A DNA stretch of 63,626 nt, the filler included, from Bigelowiella natans CCMP2755 (lineage: Eukaryota; Protista; Cercozoa): the NCBI GenBank assembly GCA_000320545.1. It is 10 parts of 10 records of this genome, joined end to end, with 100 filler letters (N's around TTAATTAATTAA, not from the genome) between each part and the next. Parts side by side here need not be neighbours in the genome. Positions count along the whole stretch, not along the records: positions 44,242 to 52,750 come from ADNK01001714.1; positions 52,851 to 63,626 come from ADNK01001218.1; 8 more parts are not named here. One strand, written 5' to 3'. Each line of letters opens with the position of its first letter. Within the stretch, counting starts at the first letter, position 1. A program made the translations under genes and the position numbers. The notes under the pieces were generated by a model. The model was not told the origin of the DNA. It saw only the letters and a program-made list of their open reading frames with translations, and did not search any database. Positions 49,852-63,097 of this stretch are shown one piece after another.

Positions 49852-51036
49852 TATAATATGTAGATATTCGTATTATTTGTAAAATTTTCAATGAGACGAG
49901 TACCTCTTCCAGTCCCCCTTCTACAATGACCTATATATTCATTTCAAGGCAAGTCAAAAAAATACTTGGCGCGCTGCCGGGGTTTATAGCCAAAGACGGC
50001 AGCAATAAATCCGCCATTTCTACTTTCACGAGCACCGACCTGCCCATGATTACGTGCATGGGCAGCAACGCGCACTAGACGACCGCCAGCCTCACAATTG
50101 CTCACAGCTCTGCGTAGTTATCCCACGCACACGATGCATGTGGGAGATAGAGTTGCAAAAAGGTTTGTTTCATCCGCAACCGCGCTCTCATTCGTACGCA
50201 CCTGGTTGTAGTACTCGATCCTGAACATTTTAAAAAAAGGGGGGGTGAGGGGAGGAGGAGGAGGAGGGTAAACACAGGCTGCTAACGCTATGATTGATCC
50301 TGTGTGCCATACCGATGCGTTTGTATGTGAGCACAAAGAGAGGGAAAGGGAGGGGATAAAAGGGAGAGGAGACGTACGCGTCCTTCTTCTTTGCCACGCC
50401 CTTGGAATCGCCCCCCATCTTCTCAAAAGTCGCCTGGCAGAACATTTGCAGCAGGGGACAGCGAGCGCTATTGAGATTAAAAAACACAAACGCTGTTGGT
50501 GGGTGGTAACAGTGCCTCTGCTACCTCTAAAGATGAGAGACTGTTTGTACTCAGCTGCCGTTTGAGTTGCGGCTTGGTCTTCGGGATTTCCTTTATCAAG
50601 CGGAAGGAAGGTGAGGGGGGGGAGGGGGGAGGTTAGAGTGGAGATTTAATCGGGCGACGGCAATGAATTCACTGCGAATACGAATGCTGCCAGCTCGGCT
50701 GTTACGTATACTCGCGTGCAAAAATCTATCGAAGAGAAAGAGAGGGGGGGGGGAGAGAAAGAGCATTAGAAGCTGCAGCGGCACCTCATTATTCTCCGCC
50801 ATTCTTGTAGAAAGAAAAACCTTCTTTCTTTTATTCCTCTCTTCTGGTCTGCTGCTTCTCCCTCTTCTTCCTGGCCTGGTGATAAGGGCCGTGTGGGGTG
50901 GTTGGGGGCGGGCGGTGCTCGGAACGGTAAGGGTTCGTGATATTTCCTCACCCGTTTGTCCTCAAAACGGCCTTTTCGTGTTCAAAATTTTCATAAACCG
51001 AGGCGGTTTGAGCGTTTATTGAAATAATCACGGGTA
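49445..51036 (-). CDS. Protein with degenerate EF-hand-like C-terminus; 5' exons unresolved
   Basis: Spliced SLE|ATFEKMGGDSKGVAKK...VFGYKPRQRAK|RGLEE|VAMMIDELGGDTITFEQFCGLFTKWT|IADDDMEKLL...K*. EV..MI.E..G.ITF..F resembles calmodulin/myosin-light-chain EF2. Confidence 0.5.
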
Positions 51037-51306
51037 CTGTCGGAACGATGCGTCTCACAGAAGAAGAAGCTAAGTGAATCGGGAAGGAGGAGAAGAAGTC
51101 GGTGAGGATGATGCTGTGGAAGAAGGCGTTGAGCTTTTAGAGTGGGCCTTGCACGCCGGCGGCGTCCCTGTAAGAGAGGACAGCCATGTCGAGGAGCTGC
51201 GCGGCAGGTTCCCTTCTCTTTTCCTTTTGTGCTTTTTACCATCTGTAAAAGATTCATCGGAAGTGGCTTTTGACTATCACTTTCTCCTCCCCCGTTTCTC
51301 TGTCTG

Positions 51307-51430
<124 letters not shown>

Positions 51431-51785
51431 CGAAATCAAAGGCGGGAGCGATTTTCGATCTACGGGGATAGCTGGTGCCGTTCTGGTAAAGCGCGCACAC
51501 TTTGACACTTCGTCGCCTCCACATGGCGGTAATGAATGGCTGCTTGTTGTTGCTGATAATCGATTTGTCCGGAAACAGTTCAGCGCTGTCTTCTTCGTCG
51601 CTTTGTACGGCTTCGGTCGGATAACGTGCGTGCAAGGTATTCCCTTCGTGTCGTTCGTTGGAGCCCCGCAGATTGTGTTATCACTCGCATTGATTATCTT
51701 CTATCTTCCTCATTGTGTTGTGTTTTCTGAAGTGAAGCGCTAGCCACATACTGTTGCCGTCTGTTTTAATTTAAGTCAGCAAAAC

Positions 51786-51863
<78 letters not shown>

Positions 51864-52489
51864 GGGGATTCGCGAAAATGTTGTTGGGCGATGGTTGTTC
51901 CGATTTACCAGGCGGCGCTGATTGCGACCCCTTCTACTGCCTCTTCTCATTTTCCCCTCTCGGTCACCGGCAATACGGTTCGTCAATTTCCTTCATGCGC
52001 GTCATCGTCGTCATCTTCTTCAGAACGGCCCTGTTTGTTGCAAATCAGGGGGTCAAGATGAACTAGAAAGCGCCTCTGCTTTGCAGTGGCTTCCGACTCC
52101 GAAGCAGGTGAGTGATGACGGCTGTAGCTTATCGTCCAATGCCGCAAAACAACAACGCATGATAAGCCAGTGACATAACGCGCGTCTTCCCAATCCCCAA
52201 TGCCCGATTAGAAGTGTAAATCTTCTCGCACACTTGATGGCTTTTGCTTTGCGTAGACGTATTTCCTCTTAATCGCACTGATGTGCGCTCTCGAGCTCCC
52301 AAGGTGCTGAAAATGGCAATAGTAAATACATAGCGCGTACTACTACATCTGCTGTCTTCGTGGTTTTTAGATGGCAATAGTTTTTGAAAGTATAGGCCTC
52401 TGCTGCTGCTGCTGCGAGATTTGTTCTTCCATTGATTGACCTTCATACGGCTCTCTTGTGTGTATGGCTGCTACAACTGCTACTATTAT

Positions 52490-52520
<31 letters not shown>

Positions 52521-52750
52521 GCTTAACGACCGCAATGAAGATACTGCATTATGGCTCTCGAAGATGAATACAAGTGCTCTGCGAAGACATGGATTTACTG
52601 TAAGTGAGGGAGTTCTGCCAGATTCTTCATACATTTTCCCCATTTTCTCTTGTTTTCAAATGTTCGGATGCTCCTTCTCCCCCCTCCCCCCCCCCCCTTT
52701 TCCCCTCCTCATCTCTTCCCAACTCATTCTGCCTGTACAGCAGTCGAGGT

Positions 52751-52850
52751 NNNNNNNNNNNNNNNNNNNNNNNNNNNNNNNNNNNNNNNNNNNNTTAATT
52801 AATTAANNNNNNNNNNNNNNNNNNNNNNNNNNNNNNNNNNNNNNNNNNNN
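52751..52850. other. Artificial contig spacer
   Basis: N44-TTAATTAATTAA-N44. Confidence 0.98.
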
Positions 52851-53353
52851 AGAGATTAGAAACACGCATCGTCATCACTACTCCGTGAAAATTCGGAGAG
52901 GCCATAAAGGCACAGCGGCCTTGCAGCACACACACGCGTAGAAAATAGACAGAATTGTATATCACACACACACACAGAGAGAGAGAGACACACACACACA
53001 CGCGCGCGCGCGCGCGCACGCACGCACTCAGTTATCAGCTGCATACGTATGCACGTATATGTCAAGGTATTTGTTGGGATAAAGACCAAGAATGGGCTTC
53101 GATCCGCGACGCACATATTTGAGCATCTTGGTCTTTATCCCAACAAATACCTTAGTGGCCAGTGAGTGTGTCTCTCTCTATTTCTCTCTATTTCTCTCTC
53201 TCTCTCTCTCTCTGTGTCTCTCTCTCTCTGTGTGTGTGTGTGATATACAATTCTGTCTATTTTCTACGCGTGTGTGTGCTGCAAGGCCGCTGTGCCTTTA
53301 TGGCCTCTCCGAATTTTCACGGAGTAGTGATGACGATGCGTGTTTCTAATCTC
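52851..53353. repeat. Nested inverted repeat (fold-back) at contig start
   Basis: 52851 to about 52992 is the reverse complement of about 53212-53353. An inner pair AAGGTATTTGTTGGGATAAAGACCAAGA (53064-53091) / TCTTGGTCTTTATCCCAACAAATACCTT (53126-53153) is also present. Confidence 0.92.
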
Positions 53354-53360
53354 TTGTTCA

Positions 53361-54024
53361 GGCGATGTGGGAGCGAAGACGCTGTCTCAACTCGCATTGT
53401 CAACTGCTTTCGAGCACGTTGCGGAGCGACTCGCCACATCCAATTCTGCTGCTGCTGCTGCTGCTGGTGCTGGTGGTGCTGCAAGGAAGCTTCAGTCGCC
53501 ACCCGCCCCCATCACCCTCTCGTGCTCGCTGAAGGACATTGTCTTCGATATCAACAGGTACGTGTGCGTGTGCGTGTGCGTGTGCGTGTGCGTGTGCGTG
53601 ACGGGCAGCCATGAGGGTAGCAAGAAGCTCGATTTTCGCCGAAGTTTTCGATACGACGCGTTACCTTGCATAATCACGGTATAGATTGATGGTGGAAGCT
53701 GGCGGGCCCTCCGCCGCAGCGACGGGAGAAACCGGGGGAGGAAAGAGTAGTGAAAAGAAGGACAACGGAGCTGCTTCTTGTTATCGATATGCTTGGCAAT
53801 CGTGTCCTCTAGGTGGAGGCAGGTCGTTATCCGGATCAGAGACGTCTGCACACGTCGTCTCTCCTATAGATCATCATTACAGCTCCTGCTCGGCCGGTTT
53901 GAAGCACCTGTATGAATCTGCCGTTCAGCTCTTGAAGGAGGTCGCGCACGCCGCCATGTGCTCACAGCGAGGCGAGGATCTCCTTCATTTCTGCGAGGAT
54001 TGGCTTCCCCCGGGATTCGTCTAG
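53361..54024 (+). CDS. 3' exons of an unidentified gene
   Basis: Phase-compatible exons GDVGAKTLSQLALSTAFEHVAERL...DIVFDINR|LMVEAGG...WQSCPL|DHHYSSC...DWLPPGFV*. Confidence 0.55.
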
Positions 54025-54118
54025 TTTCAGCTTCCTTCCTGTGTAGCGCATCATTGCCTAGGTGATGACTTCGCAGCCAGCAGGGATAAAAGCACGGATG
54101 TGTGATGTGTGATGTGCG

Positions 54119-54155
<37 letters not shown>

Positions 54156-55229
54156 CGTGCATGTGTGACACTGCTCTTCATCTAAAATATTCATTAAACA
54201 TTGAACAGCACAGCATGCGCATGCGCATGTACGTGAACAATGCAACTCTAGAACTGATCATCTACACGTTACGTTGTGATACACGTTGTACTCTAATAAC
54301 TATAATAAGTCAAGACGGCAGCTTGCAGCTATTTATTTTGTCATTGTTGCGCCATGACATCTGTAGACAAGCCGAGTCAGTGTGCGTTGTCATTATCCAT
54401 GGCAGCCTTAACATTGTCGCGATTTGCAAAGTCCTAAGCTAGTAAGCTGGGTAGCTAGGTAGCTGGTGGCTGATTTCATGCTTGCATCAATTGCGTATGT
54501 ACGTTGCATGCATGTGCAAATCTAGAAATGCTAGAATGTCTAGATGTGTACCTAATCAAAAATGCACATACAATAGCGAGGCTAGCACCTCATAAATCTG
54601 CTGCGTGTTTTAGTGTTAGCGTGTGACCCATCGCCAACAACATCTGAGCGAGAAAAATAATAAAAGCTGCGTCAGTGCATGCTAGCATGCTACGATTCAA
54701 CGAGCTGATCCCGCTTTTTCAGTCAATTGTTACACGTACATAAAACAGATGCCTGTTGTCGATTTTGTGGTCAGTCTAGCAAGCTGATCACAGTTTATCT
54801 GATCTCTAGATCACATGTACTTATGGCAAAAGCATGTAAGCTAGTACAATCTACTACACGAATCTAATGCGAGCCGAGGGACTATCATCACACGTCGCAT
54901 GCAAGATACCTGGCGTTGCACATTAGTTTCGGTAAAAAATAGTTATATTGGCTAATTAAATTGTACAGACGGAGCTACAAAGCAAGGTCCTGCATGTGCT
55001 CATAGTCGCCGTATGCGTGTGACAATAATCTCAACGGCAAGTTTGCTCTTAATAATGCCGGGGCCGATGGCAGATGCGGGCCAACGCACGCTACAAACGA
55101 ATGGCGCTATAATCATCATTCGTCACTGTCCTCGTCGGCATCGTCATCCTGTAGTGAATATACATCCATTAGCGGGGAGGGGGGAGTGCGCGGCGAAGTT
55201 GGAATAATAGGGATTATTCAAAAAATCAG

Positions 55230-55297
55230 CTATCGTTCTAACGACCGAACCAGCGTGCTGTCAGTGTCGTCATCCTCGTCCTCTTCTTCATCTCTGC

Positions 55298-55331
<34 letters not shown>

Positions 55332-57539
55332 GTCGTCGTCCTCGTCGTCATCATCATCGTCTTCGTCGTCGAGCTCCGAGGAGTCATAGTAATCGCTGGT
55401 GTAGTAGTAGCTCTGCTGATACTCCTCGTCATCCTCTTGGGAGAGATCTGCTCGATATAGCAGCGTGGACGCGTCACCCATCAGAGTAAAATCGTAATGA
55501 CAACGATGCTCAAGAGGAGAAACTCCGCAGGAGGAGCTAGAAACGAATATGCTCGGATAGGATACAGTGAGAATTCGCAAGGGGATAAGGGAGGGGGCTT
55601 CACCATCATCAACCCAGTCATTCCCATCATTACCTGCAGCTGCAGCTTCCTCCTTCCTCTCCCCCTCGTTGACTTTCCTGGCTTCGTCGGAGAGCCTGAT
55701 GTTCTCCATGGCCTCTGCAAGCTGCACGCGACCAAACCAAACAGCAGATCGGCTCAATAAATAAACTCGGCGATTTAGCAAGAAATTCGCGAGCATCAAC
55801 AAAAACCATCTACCCCCCTCCCCCCCAACACCTATTACTACTATTACTACCTCCAGTTCAGTTGGATTCCGTCCATACTGGGCTTGATATTGCCGCTCGA
55901 TTTTCCTCTGCACGAGGCCCATCCTCCTCCTCCCACGAGCAGCGCGGAGCATTGTATTATCTCCCATATCGTCGTCGTATCCGTTGTCACAGCCGAGCGA
56001 GTAGTCGTCATGGATTATGTCCTCGATTCCATCGTCATCGTCGTCATCGTCATCATCATCGTCGTCGTTGCCGGTGCTGTAATACCTTTGTTATAACAGC
56101 GGGCGCAATATATGTGTCAGGTCGTATGGCGGGGGCGACAACGCAGCGCATTCGTTTTTGCTTCCTACTCTTCGAGCTCCATCCCGTCGTTTCTCCCATC
56201 TTGGCTGTCCTGCTGATCTTTGGTTTGCTTACTCATTTGCTCTTTCAACGCCAAATGCTACATAGCGTTGTCGAGGGGGGGGGGGATGCAAGTGATGAGA
56301 AAAGGCCGCACGGTTGTGGTGTACGAAAAGATGATGATCATTGGGGACCTCTGATATCGTGTAATTCAAGGGCTCTATCTTTTGGGAATTCGGCTCATCG
56401 CGCATCATTCTGACACAGAGGATAGGGCCTCGCACCCCCCCCTGCTTCATGGACCCTGGCTGCGAGAGAATTATGGAGAGATAAATTTGCATTTGCAAGG
56501 GGTATTCACCAGTCATCAGAATCTTTTCCCCGCCCAAGTACACATATGTACAGGTATTGCATATATTTGATGCAGTGTATACATGTATATGCACGTGTAT
56601 ATTACGAAAGGCCAATGCGTATTGTGCTCCCCGGTAGGATGCTCGAGAGCCAGCAAGATCACGCTTGCAGTGTCAATCTATTGTCGCACCAACGCCACCA
56701 TCACCATCAGTACCGCACTAATGCATTGTTTGCTGCTGGATGAATCAGAATTGGAATATTAGCCAATGCCACCTGTCCTACAATTGTCGCCTGCGGGGAT
56801 CCCAACAGCCTTGCATACCTGTATTTATATTAGATAGCAGTCACGAGGACTTTCCTGAGAACGCGGGGTTCATTTTGCATACTCTTTTGTCACGATCGTC
56901 GGGGTTGAGTCGAATGCCTCCTCAGAGGCGGTTCCGTTTGGGTGCAAGAGCACGCAGGAGACAACAGGGCCGCTTAGCGGCCTCTCAGCAGCAGGCGTTT
57001 CCTCCCTGAAGCTGTTCGGTTTCTGTGATGATCGAGGTTCAGAAAGAGCACATAGTGTATGGGAGCTACGGTCAACCTAGCCTACCGTGTTGTTATTTAT
57101 AGCTTCTACATCGCCAAGTGTTGGTTTCGCTTCATCCACCGCGATGTCTTTGGCGGCGGCCGCCGCCTCCTTTTTCTTCTTCTTATTGGTGGATTTTCCC
57201 TTTCGTGGAGCCCCCCCCCTTAATCTTCCCTTGGTGAGGATCAGTGACCACAGTCTGGATCGTCTGATGTAATCACATGACAGAGAAAATAGAATGAGGG
57301 AGCTGTCTATCAATGGAGGTTAGACAGCCTGCCCACCCCTGCGTCTCGCGTGATGCTCTATTCGATTTCCGCAGCAAACAGCCTCGCGAGGACGGGGATT
57401 TCCCCGCCGCGAGTAAGGAAAGCCCCAACAGGATCGCCAGAGTTACTCGCGCAGCTGATTTATTCCTCGAAATCATCGTCGACTGCCTCGTGGCAGGAGA
57501 TGGGGGCCCTCTGCCAGCCCACGTTCGCACTCGCAACAT
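55230..57539 (-). CDS. Signal peptide + transit-like leader ending RLRGG + conserved unknown domain (DUF5880-like, from memory) + Asp/Glu-rich tail
   Basis: Spliced ...MISRNKSAARVTLAILLGLSLLAAG...RETQG|RSRLWSLILTKGRLRGGAPRKGK...|...GPVVSCVLLHPNGTASEEAFDSTPTIVTKE|YARLLGSPQATIVGQ|IDTASVILLAL...HNTHWPF|PG...VRGPILCVRM...EPLNYTISE|...poly-Asp...LER*. All junctions are GT-AG and in phase. The start may be 57539 or 57476. Confidence 0.72.
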
Positions 57540-58536
57540 TGCCCGCGTTGATCCCTCCTCAGTTCTCCATTTTTCTCTTCGAGCGCACCTGAAATTCGGC
57601 ATTTTTTGGGCGATTTCGCCTGGTTTACACCCCTTTCTTCTTGAGACACTCTCGGGATCCCCGCTCCAATCCCCGATTGAATTTCTAAATTTAAGACTTT
57701 CAACAAGACGGAATTCCGGTGTTCGCTACTTCTACACTTTTGGGATGGGATGGCGGCGGTTAAAAGTTAAAAGGTATGCCCAGATCTACGTAACGACAGC
57801 CCCTCCGGCTCGAAAGCAGGAATATCATGCCGTTATCACCTTTAATTTGCAAGAAACAATTGACGCAGAACAAAAATAGAATATAATCTACCCTAAGCCC
57901 ATCCCTGTTTTACACCGTTTGCTCGCCTGACTAGTCTGAAAAACGAAAATAGATCTTGGAAGAAAAGGCGACGGGCACGAAGGCCGAAGACTTGGTGCGA
58001 CATGTAGAGGATGCAGCAGCGAGATATGTTTCTTGGCCGTTTGCAGGGGATTTATGCACTGATTTGCGCAAAATAATCGTTTTTGGGAATAAAATGACCT
58101 GAGAAAACCAAACACACACACTTGCAGGGGGATCTGCTGTTCGTTCGTCGTATGGAGCCTCCGTGTGAGCATGCCTCTGCCCCTCTCTAGGTAGGAGACA
58201 CTCGGTCTACGGCCGGAGGCGAGAGGGGAGATGATGGATGTGTGCCCGGTGCTATCGCTCCGTTTCGTTGATGTTGTTGGTGGTGTTGATATTATGTTTC
58301 AAAGATCGGAACTCTAGGAAGGCAAAGGCAGAATAATCATGGCCGAGGTTGCGTATTTTTTGCACTCGCCCCCCCCCCCCCCCTCGTTTTGTTGGCTGTT
58401 TTAGACGTGCAATTCTGCATCGAGGCCGCGTATTCTAGATGTGTTATGAGCGACAAATGAGATAGATGCCCCTAGGTCCAAAACATGCGTTAATAAGATG
58501 TTGGCCATTGAGCTCCTCGCCCTCATAAATCTTTAG

Positions 58537-58797
58537 ACCTCCAACGGCTCCGTCTCGGCGTCCGAGAGCAGTGACAGGGTGAGTGCGATATACGTGGCAG
58601 GATTCACGTGCACGACGATATGCATACGGACGTGACTGATGCTGATAACTAAATAGATCACTTTTGAGACTGAGGATGGCAGAGTTTGGAACATTAAAAT
58701 CACTGGCTACACCGCGATCAAAGACGGGAAGATCGGAATTATTAAAGTTAAGAAGCATGGCAAGCAAGGAAGGTAGCAATAATAGTATATTAATATA

Positions 58798-58880
<83 letters not shown>

Positions 58881-59399
58881 ATGTGTTTGGTGACAGATAT
58901 GTACACGGGGCATAATAACGAAAACAAGGATGACTGCTACTACCACTACTACTACCACTACTACTACTACTACTATTCCCACGAATGCTCTCACACACAT
59001 ATTCCACCACCTCGACGTACGTCGCAGGCCACACGTTAGGCTTCTTTGCGTCGATTACCAGTACCAGTGCTTGTATTGGCTGAAAAGCGATGATAAGTTA
59101 AGCAGGATAACATACAACGAAAACAAGACAGTGGAGGCAATGACGCGTAGTCTGAAAAATCTCAATAACCCCGGTAAGCTTAGACAGCACACGCACGCAC
59201 GCACATACACGCACTCACTCACTCACTCCTTGCGCAAAATAGTAATGCTGAATGCGGTTATCGTGCCGACTGAATTTTGCCTGTTTTGAAGTCGAAGACG
59301 AAAGTCCCCACGTATCGAAGCAACTGTCGCGCCCCAATTCTCTAATCAAGAACTTCATCATGCTGTGTAAGTAACACACACATACACACACACACACAC

Positions 59400-59442
<43 letters not shown>

Positions 59443-60226
59443 GCAGCGCCTTCGCCTCTCATATATTTTTGGCTTTTTGAAGATGATATCATCGACATTG
59501 TGGACGGGAAGAAAACCAAGATATTGCAACGGTCGGTGTTACGAGTAAAAGAAGGCCCCAGCTGCGAACAAATATGTTAATACACATGCTGTTCACTACG
59601 AATCGATCGATGCCAATGATGTGGAACCGCGGGGAAGAAATTATGACTGATTCGATAGAAAGCCGCCCCCTTCCCCACCTCTCTTGGGCACTTATGTTGT
59701 GTACAATTACTTAAGGTATACGGGGAGGAAAGCGGAGGAAAAGTGCTGTTTTTCCATCATTTGCCTCAAGCGTACATTGGATCTAGAGGTCTGGTTTGAC
59801 ACAGCAGCGCTGTTATTTCTTCTCCTGCTGATTGATGTTATGAGAACTAATCAGCTCTTCCTCTTTCTCTTATCAACCCCCCCCCCCCCAACCGCATCTC
59901 ATCACTTCCTCTAGGCACAAAACGAGGAGGCAGCGAGGGAGCTTAAATCACAGCTCAGAGATTTCTACCAACAGGTGCCACTGCTGCTGCTGCTGCGGCT
60001 GCTGCGAAAAAGTGACAAATCAAGAAGCTTGCTCTATCATCAAATCATCACTACGGCCCTGACGTCTTTTGCATCCCCTCGCCCCCCACCCCCCCAACAT
60101 CAGTACATGAATCAACCGCTGATTTCCAGAAAACAGGACAAGACGCTGGATTATGACGCACAGGTATCGTGTGCCCCCCCCCCCACTCCCTGTACACACG
60201 TAGTAGAGCAAGGAGAATAGAACTAC

Positions 60227-60261
<35 letters not shown>

Positions 60262-60787
60262 CCCCCCCCCCCCCTCGCCCTTCACCGTCGTGCTCGAAAA
60301 CCATCAACGAACAAAGCACAAACACACACACACACACCGCAGGACTACGCAACGTTGGCAGATACTCTTCATGATAAGATCACGCAAATGTACAAAGGTG
60401 GTAGTAATAGTAGCAGTAGTAGTAGTAGCAGCAGTAGTAGAAGCAGTAGTAGTAGCGATGATGACGATGGTGTTGGCAGACAATCAAGCTCGATGGATTG
60501 GATACATGGATACCGGAGCAGCAGAGAAGATTGTTAAGGACTACCCCCGGCTTGCCAAAAACATACGCATTTGGGAGAATCTGGGGCCTGAAGAAGAGGA
60601 CGGTGCCTCCGCCCCCGGCAAGGGGAAGGGGGGGGGAGACCGTAAGGAGGAGGCCGATGATGGCGGGGTCTCTCGGTCAACGAGCACAACGCAAGAAGGC
60701 CTCCGAAGAATACGAATCGACGACGAGAGGAAAACAGGATGGGGGAACTCCGTTCTAGCAGGTATTATTAGGGTTTTTCTGGTTGGA

Positions 60788-60827
<40 letters not shown>

Positions 60828-60884
60828 CGTGGGAGGGGAGGAGGAGGAGGAGGAGGATACTCAATGTGTCGCAGTGTTATTTAT

Positions 60885-60931
<47 letters not shown>

Positions 60932-62097
60932 CAGCTACTTTCTCTGAAAACTAGCAAGCTCGAATGAAAAAATGCATATTAGAAGAAGAAGAAGAAGATA
61001 TCTTATGAATCGATGGTCTCTTCTTCCCCTTCTCGCCTCCCCCCCCCCCTCCCTCATCTCGCCCCTCCCCTCAGTAATGGCCGCGTTGGCATCTAAACTT
61101 GTCGATAAGAAACGTGCAGAGGAGCTCGTCAGGAACCTCAAAAAGGCTGTGGACGCGGTACGTTTGTGCGCGCACAAGCTCATAAGGAGGAAAAGAGGGG
61201 GTGGGAGAGTAAGCGCTGGGTGTGTTTGATGTGCGTACAGGTGACAGGGAAGCAAAAGGACCGGGAGATTACCCTTTCGAAATTCTTCAATAACACTTTC
61301 ACGAAGAAGGTCTATTGAGTGGCGCGTGCGTGCATGCGTGCGTGCATGCGTGCGTTGTGTAACGGTGTGTGCATGTGCGTGTGTATGCGCGTGTGTGTCT
61401 TGTATGCATCTATATCCAATGCAGTATAAATTCGAATACACAATGCGCCAAACACCACCACCACCACCATCGCCCAGGGAGGGAAGAAGGACGCTTTGGG
61501 TTTCACGGACTTTCTGAGCCAGCAGATCGACGACGAGGAGAAAAGCCCTCGGTATGAGGATATGTATCTCGACTACGAGCTCCTGAGCATATTGAAGGTG
61601 GGATTTCGGCTACATCATTGAAGACACACGAAACAAATGCCACGGGGAGAGAGGGGGGGGGGGGGGGGGAGGGGAGATCTTGCTCATATATGATTCGCTA
61701 AGTACTCACATCGAATGTGCGTTGTGTCGCATATATGAGCAGGTTTGCAACCAATTCGTCTTAATACCGTGCTCCGAGATTATAAAGAGAGACTGCCTAG
61801 CCCCGTAAGAAGAGAGCAAGAAAGAAGAAGAAGAAGAGGAAGGAGAGGAGGAGGAGAGGAATAGTGATGATGATGATGATGATGATATGCCGATTGCGTT
61901 TATTCTATTTAAAAAAAAAAAAAACAAGAGGAGATGGAAATAAAGAGGAGGAGGCTGCTGTATAACTGCGTCGTTCTCTCATCATCATCATCGTCATCGT
62001 AGTAGAGTTATTCAATGCCCTTAAATCTACCCACAGATACAGGACCAAGGATTACAAGCCTAACGGCTGGTTTATTGACATCGATTTCTACCAGGTA

Positions 62098-62141
<44 letters not shown>

Positions 62142-62455
62142 ATTTGCCTGGGCAGAGAGATCTGATGACATCTCATCGCTTCTCAACCCAAAAAAGCCAT
62201 TATCGGCGCAGTTGTCATTTCTTCCCTTCCTCACCCAGCGCCAATCTTGAGAGATTGTTTGCCTGCTGTTTGCTGCTGCTGTTACACGGCGTTGTGCAGG
62301 ATAAGGTCAGTGTTTCGCAGCTTAAGAGGGACATCGACACCGAAGAGCGCTTTAGTTTCACGTACGTCTTGTAGGAGGAGAAGTAGTGAATGGTGGTGCG
62401 CATTGTACACATACACACACACATATTTATCACATATATATTTATTTCATGTTTA

Positions 62456-62497
<42 letters not shown>

Positions 62498-62500
62498 CAA

Positions 62501-62546
<46 letters not shown>

Positions 62547-63097
62547 GTGTGACACGACTTTGCAATTATCACGTTGTCCTCCTCGCCTCCCCCACCCACG
62601 CACTGGATCTTAAATCGTCATCATCATCATCATCGTCGTCGTCATCAGATATCGGTTGGCCTTCACGTTCTTGAGGCCTCGCTTTACTCTCGAAAGCATA
62701 GAGCTAACAGTCGATTATGTCGATTTCACCCCCACTTGCCCGCTTAAGGTAATGTGTGATACTCTCTTTGTCCCCCCCCTGAGAGAATACCTCTCAGTTT
62801 CATGAGACGGAAAGAGATATTGGCTACATTGCCTGCTGCTGCTGGTGCTGCTGCTACTTTTTCTTCTCCATCTTCTTCTTACTCTTCCCCCCCCCCCTCC
62901 CCTCTTTCCCGTTCTCTCTCTCTCTCTCTCTCTCTCCCTCCCTCCCTCTTCTCTTTGCTCTTGCCGTTGGCCCTCCCTACCTACCTACCATGTAGATCCA
63001 GCACGATGTCCGCACACGCCTCGCCCTTGTGAACAGAGTCAAGAAGGTGAAAGAAGAAGAAGAAGAAGAAGAAGAAGAAGAAGACCATAATACCTGA
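58537..63097 (+). CDS. PLC-type PH-domain protein with a conserved C-terminal domain (resembles Dictyostelium GflB C-terminal domain, from memory); ends approximate
   Basis: IIKVKKHGKQGR|PHVRLLCVDYQYQCLYW...YDIIDIVDGKKTKILQR|YTGRKAEEKCCFSIICLKRTLDLE|AQNEEAARE is a PLC-like PH domain. C-terminal part: ELLSILK|VCNQFVLIP...TKDYKPNGWFIDIDFYQ|DKVSVSQLKR...FSFT|YRLAFTF...LESIELTVDYVDF. Confidence 0.78.
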
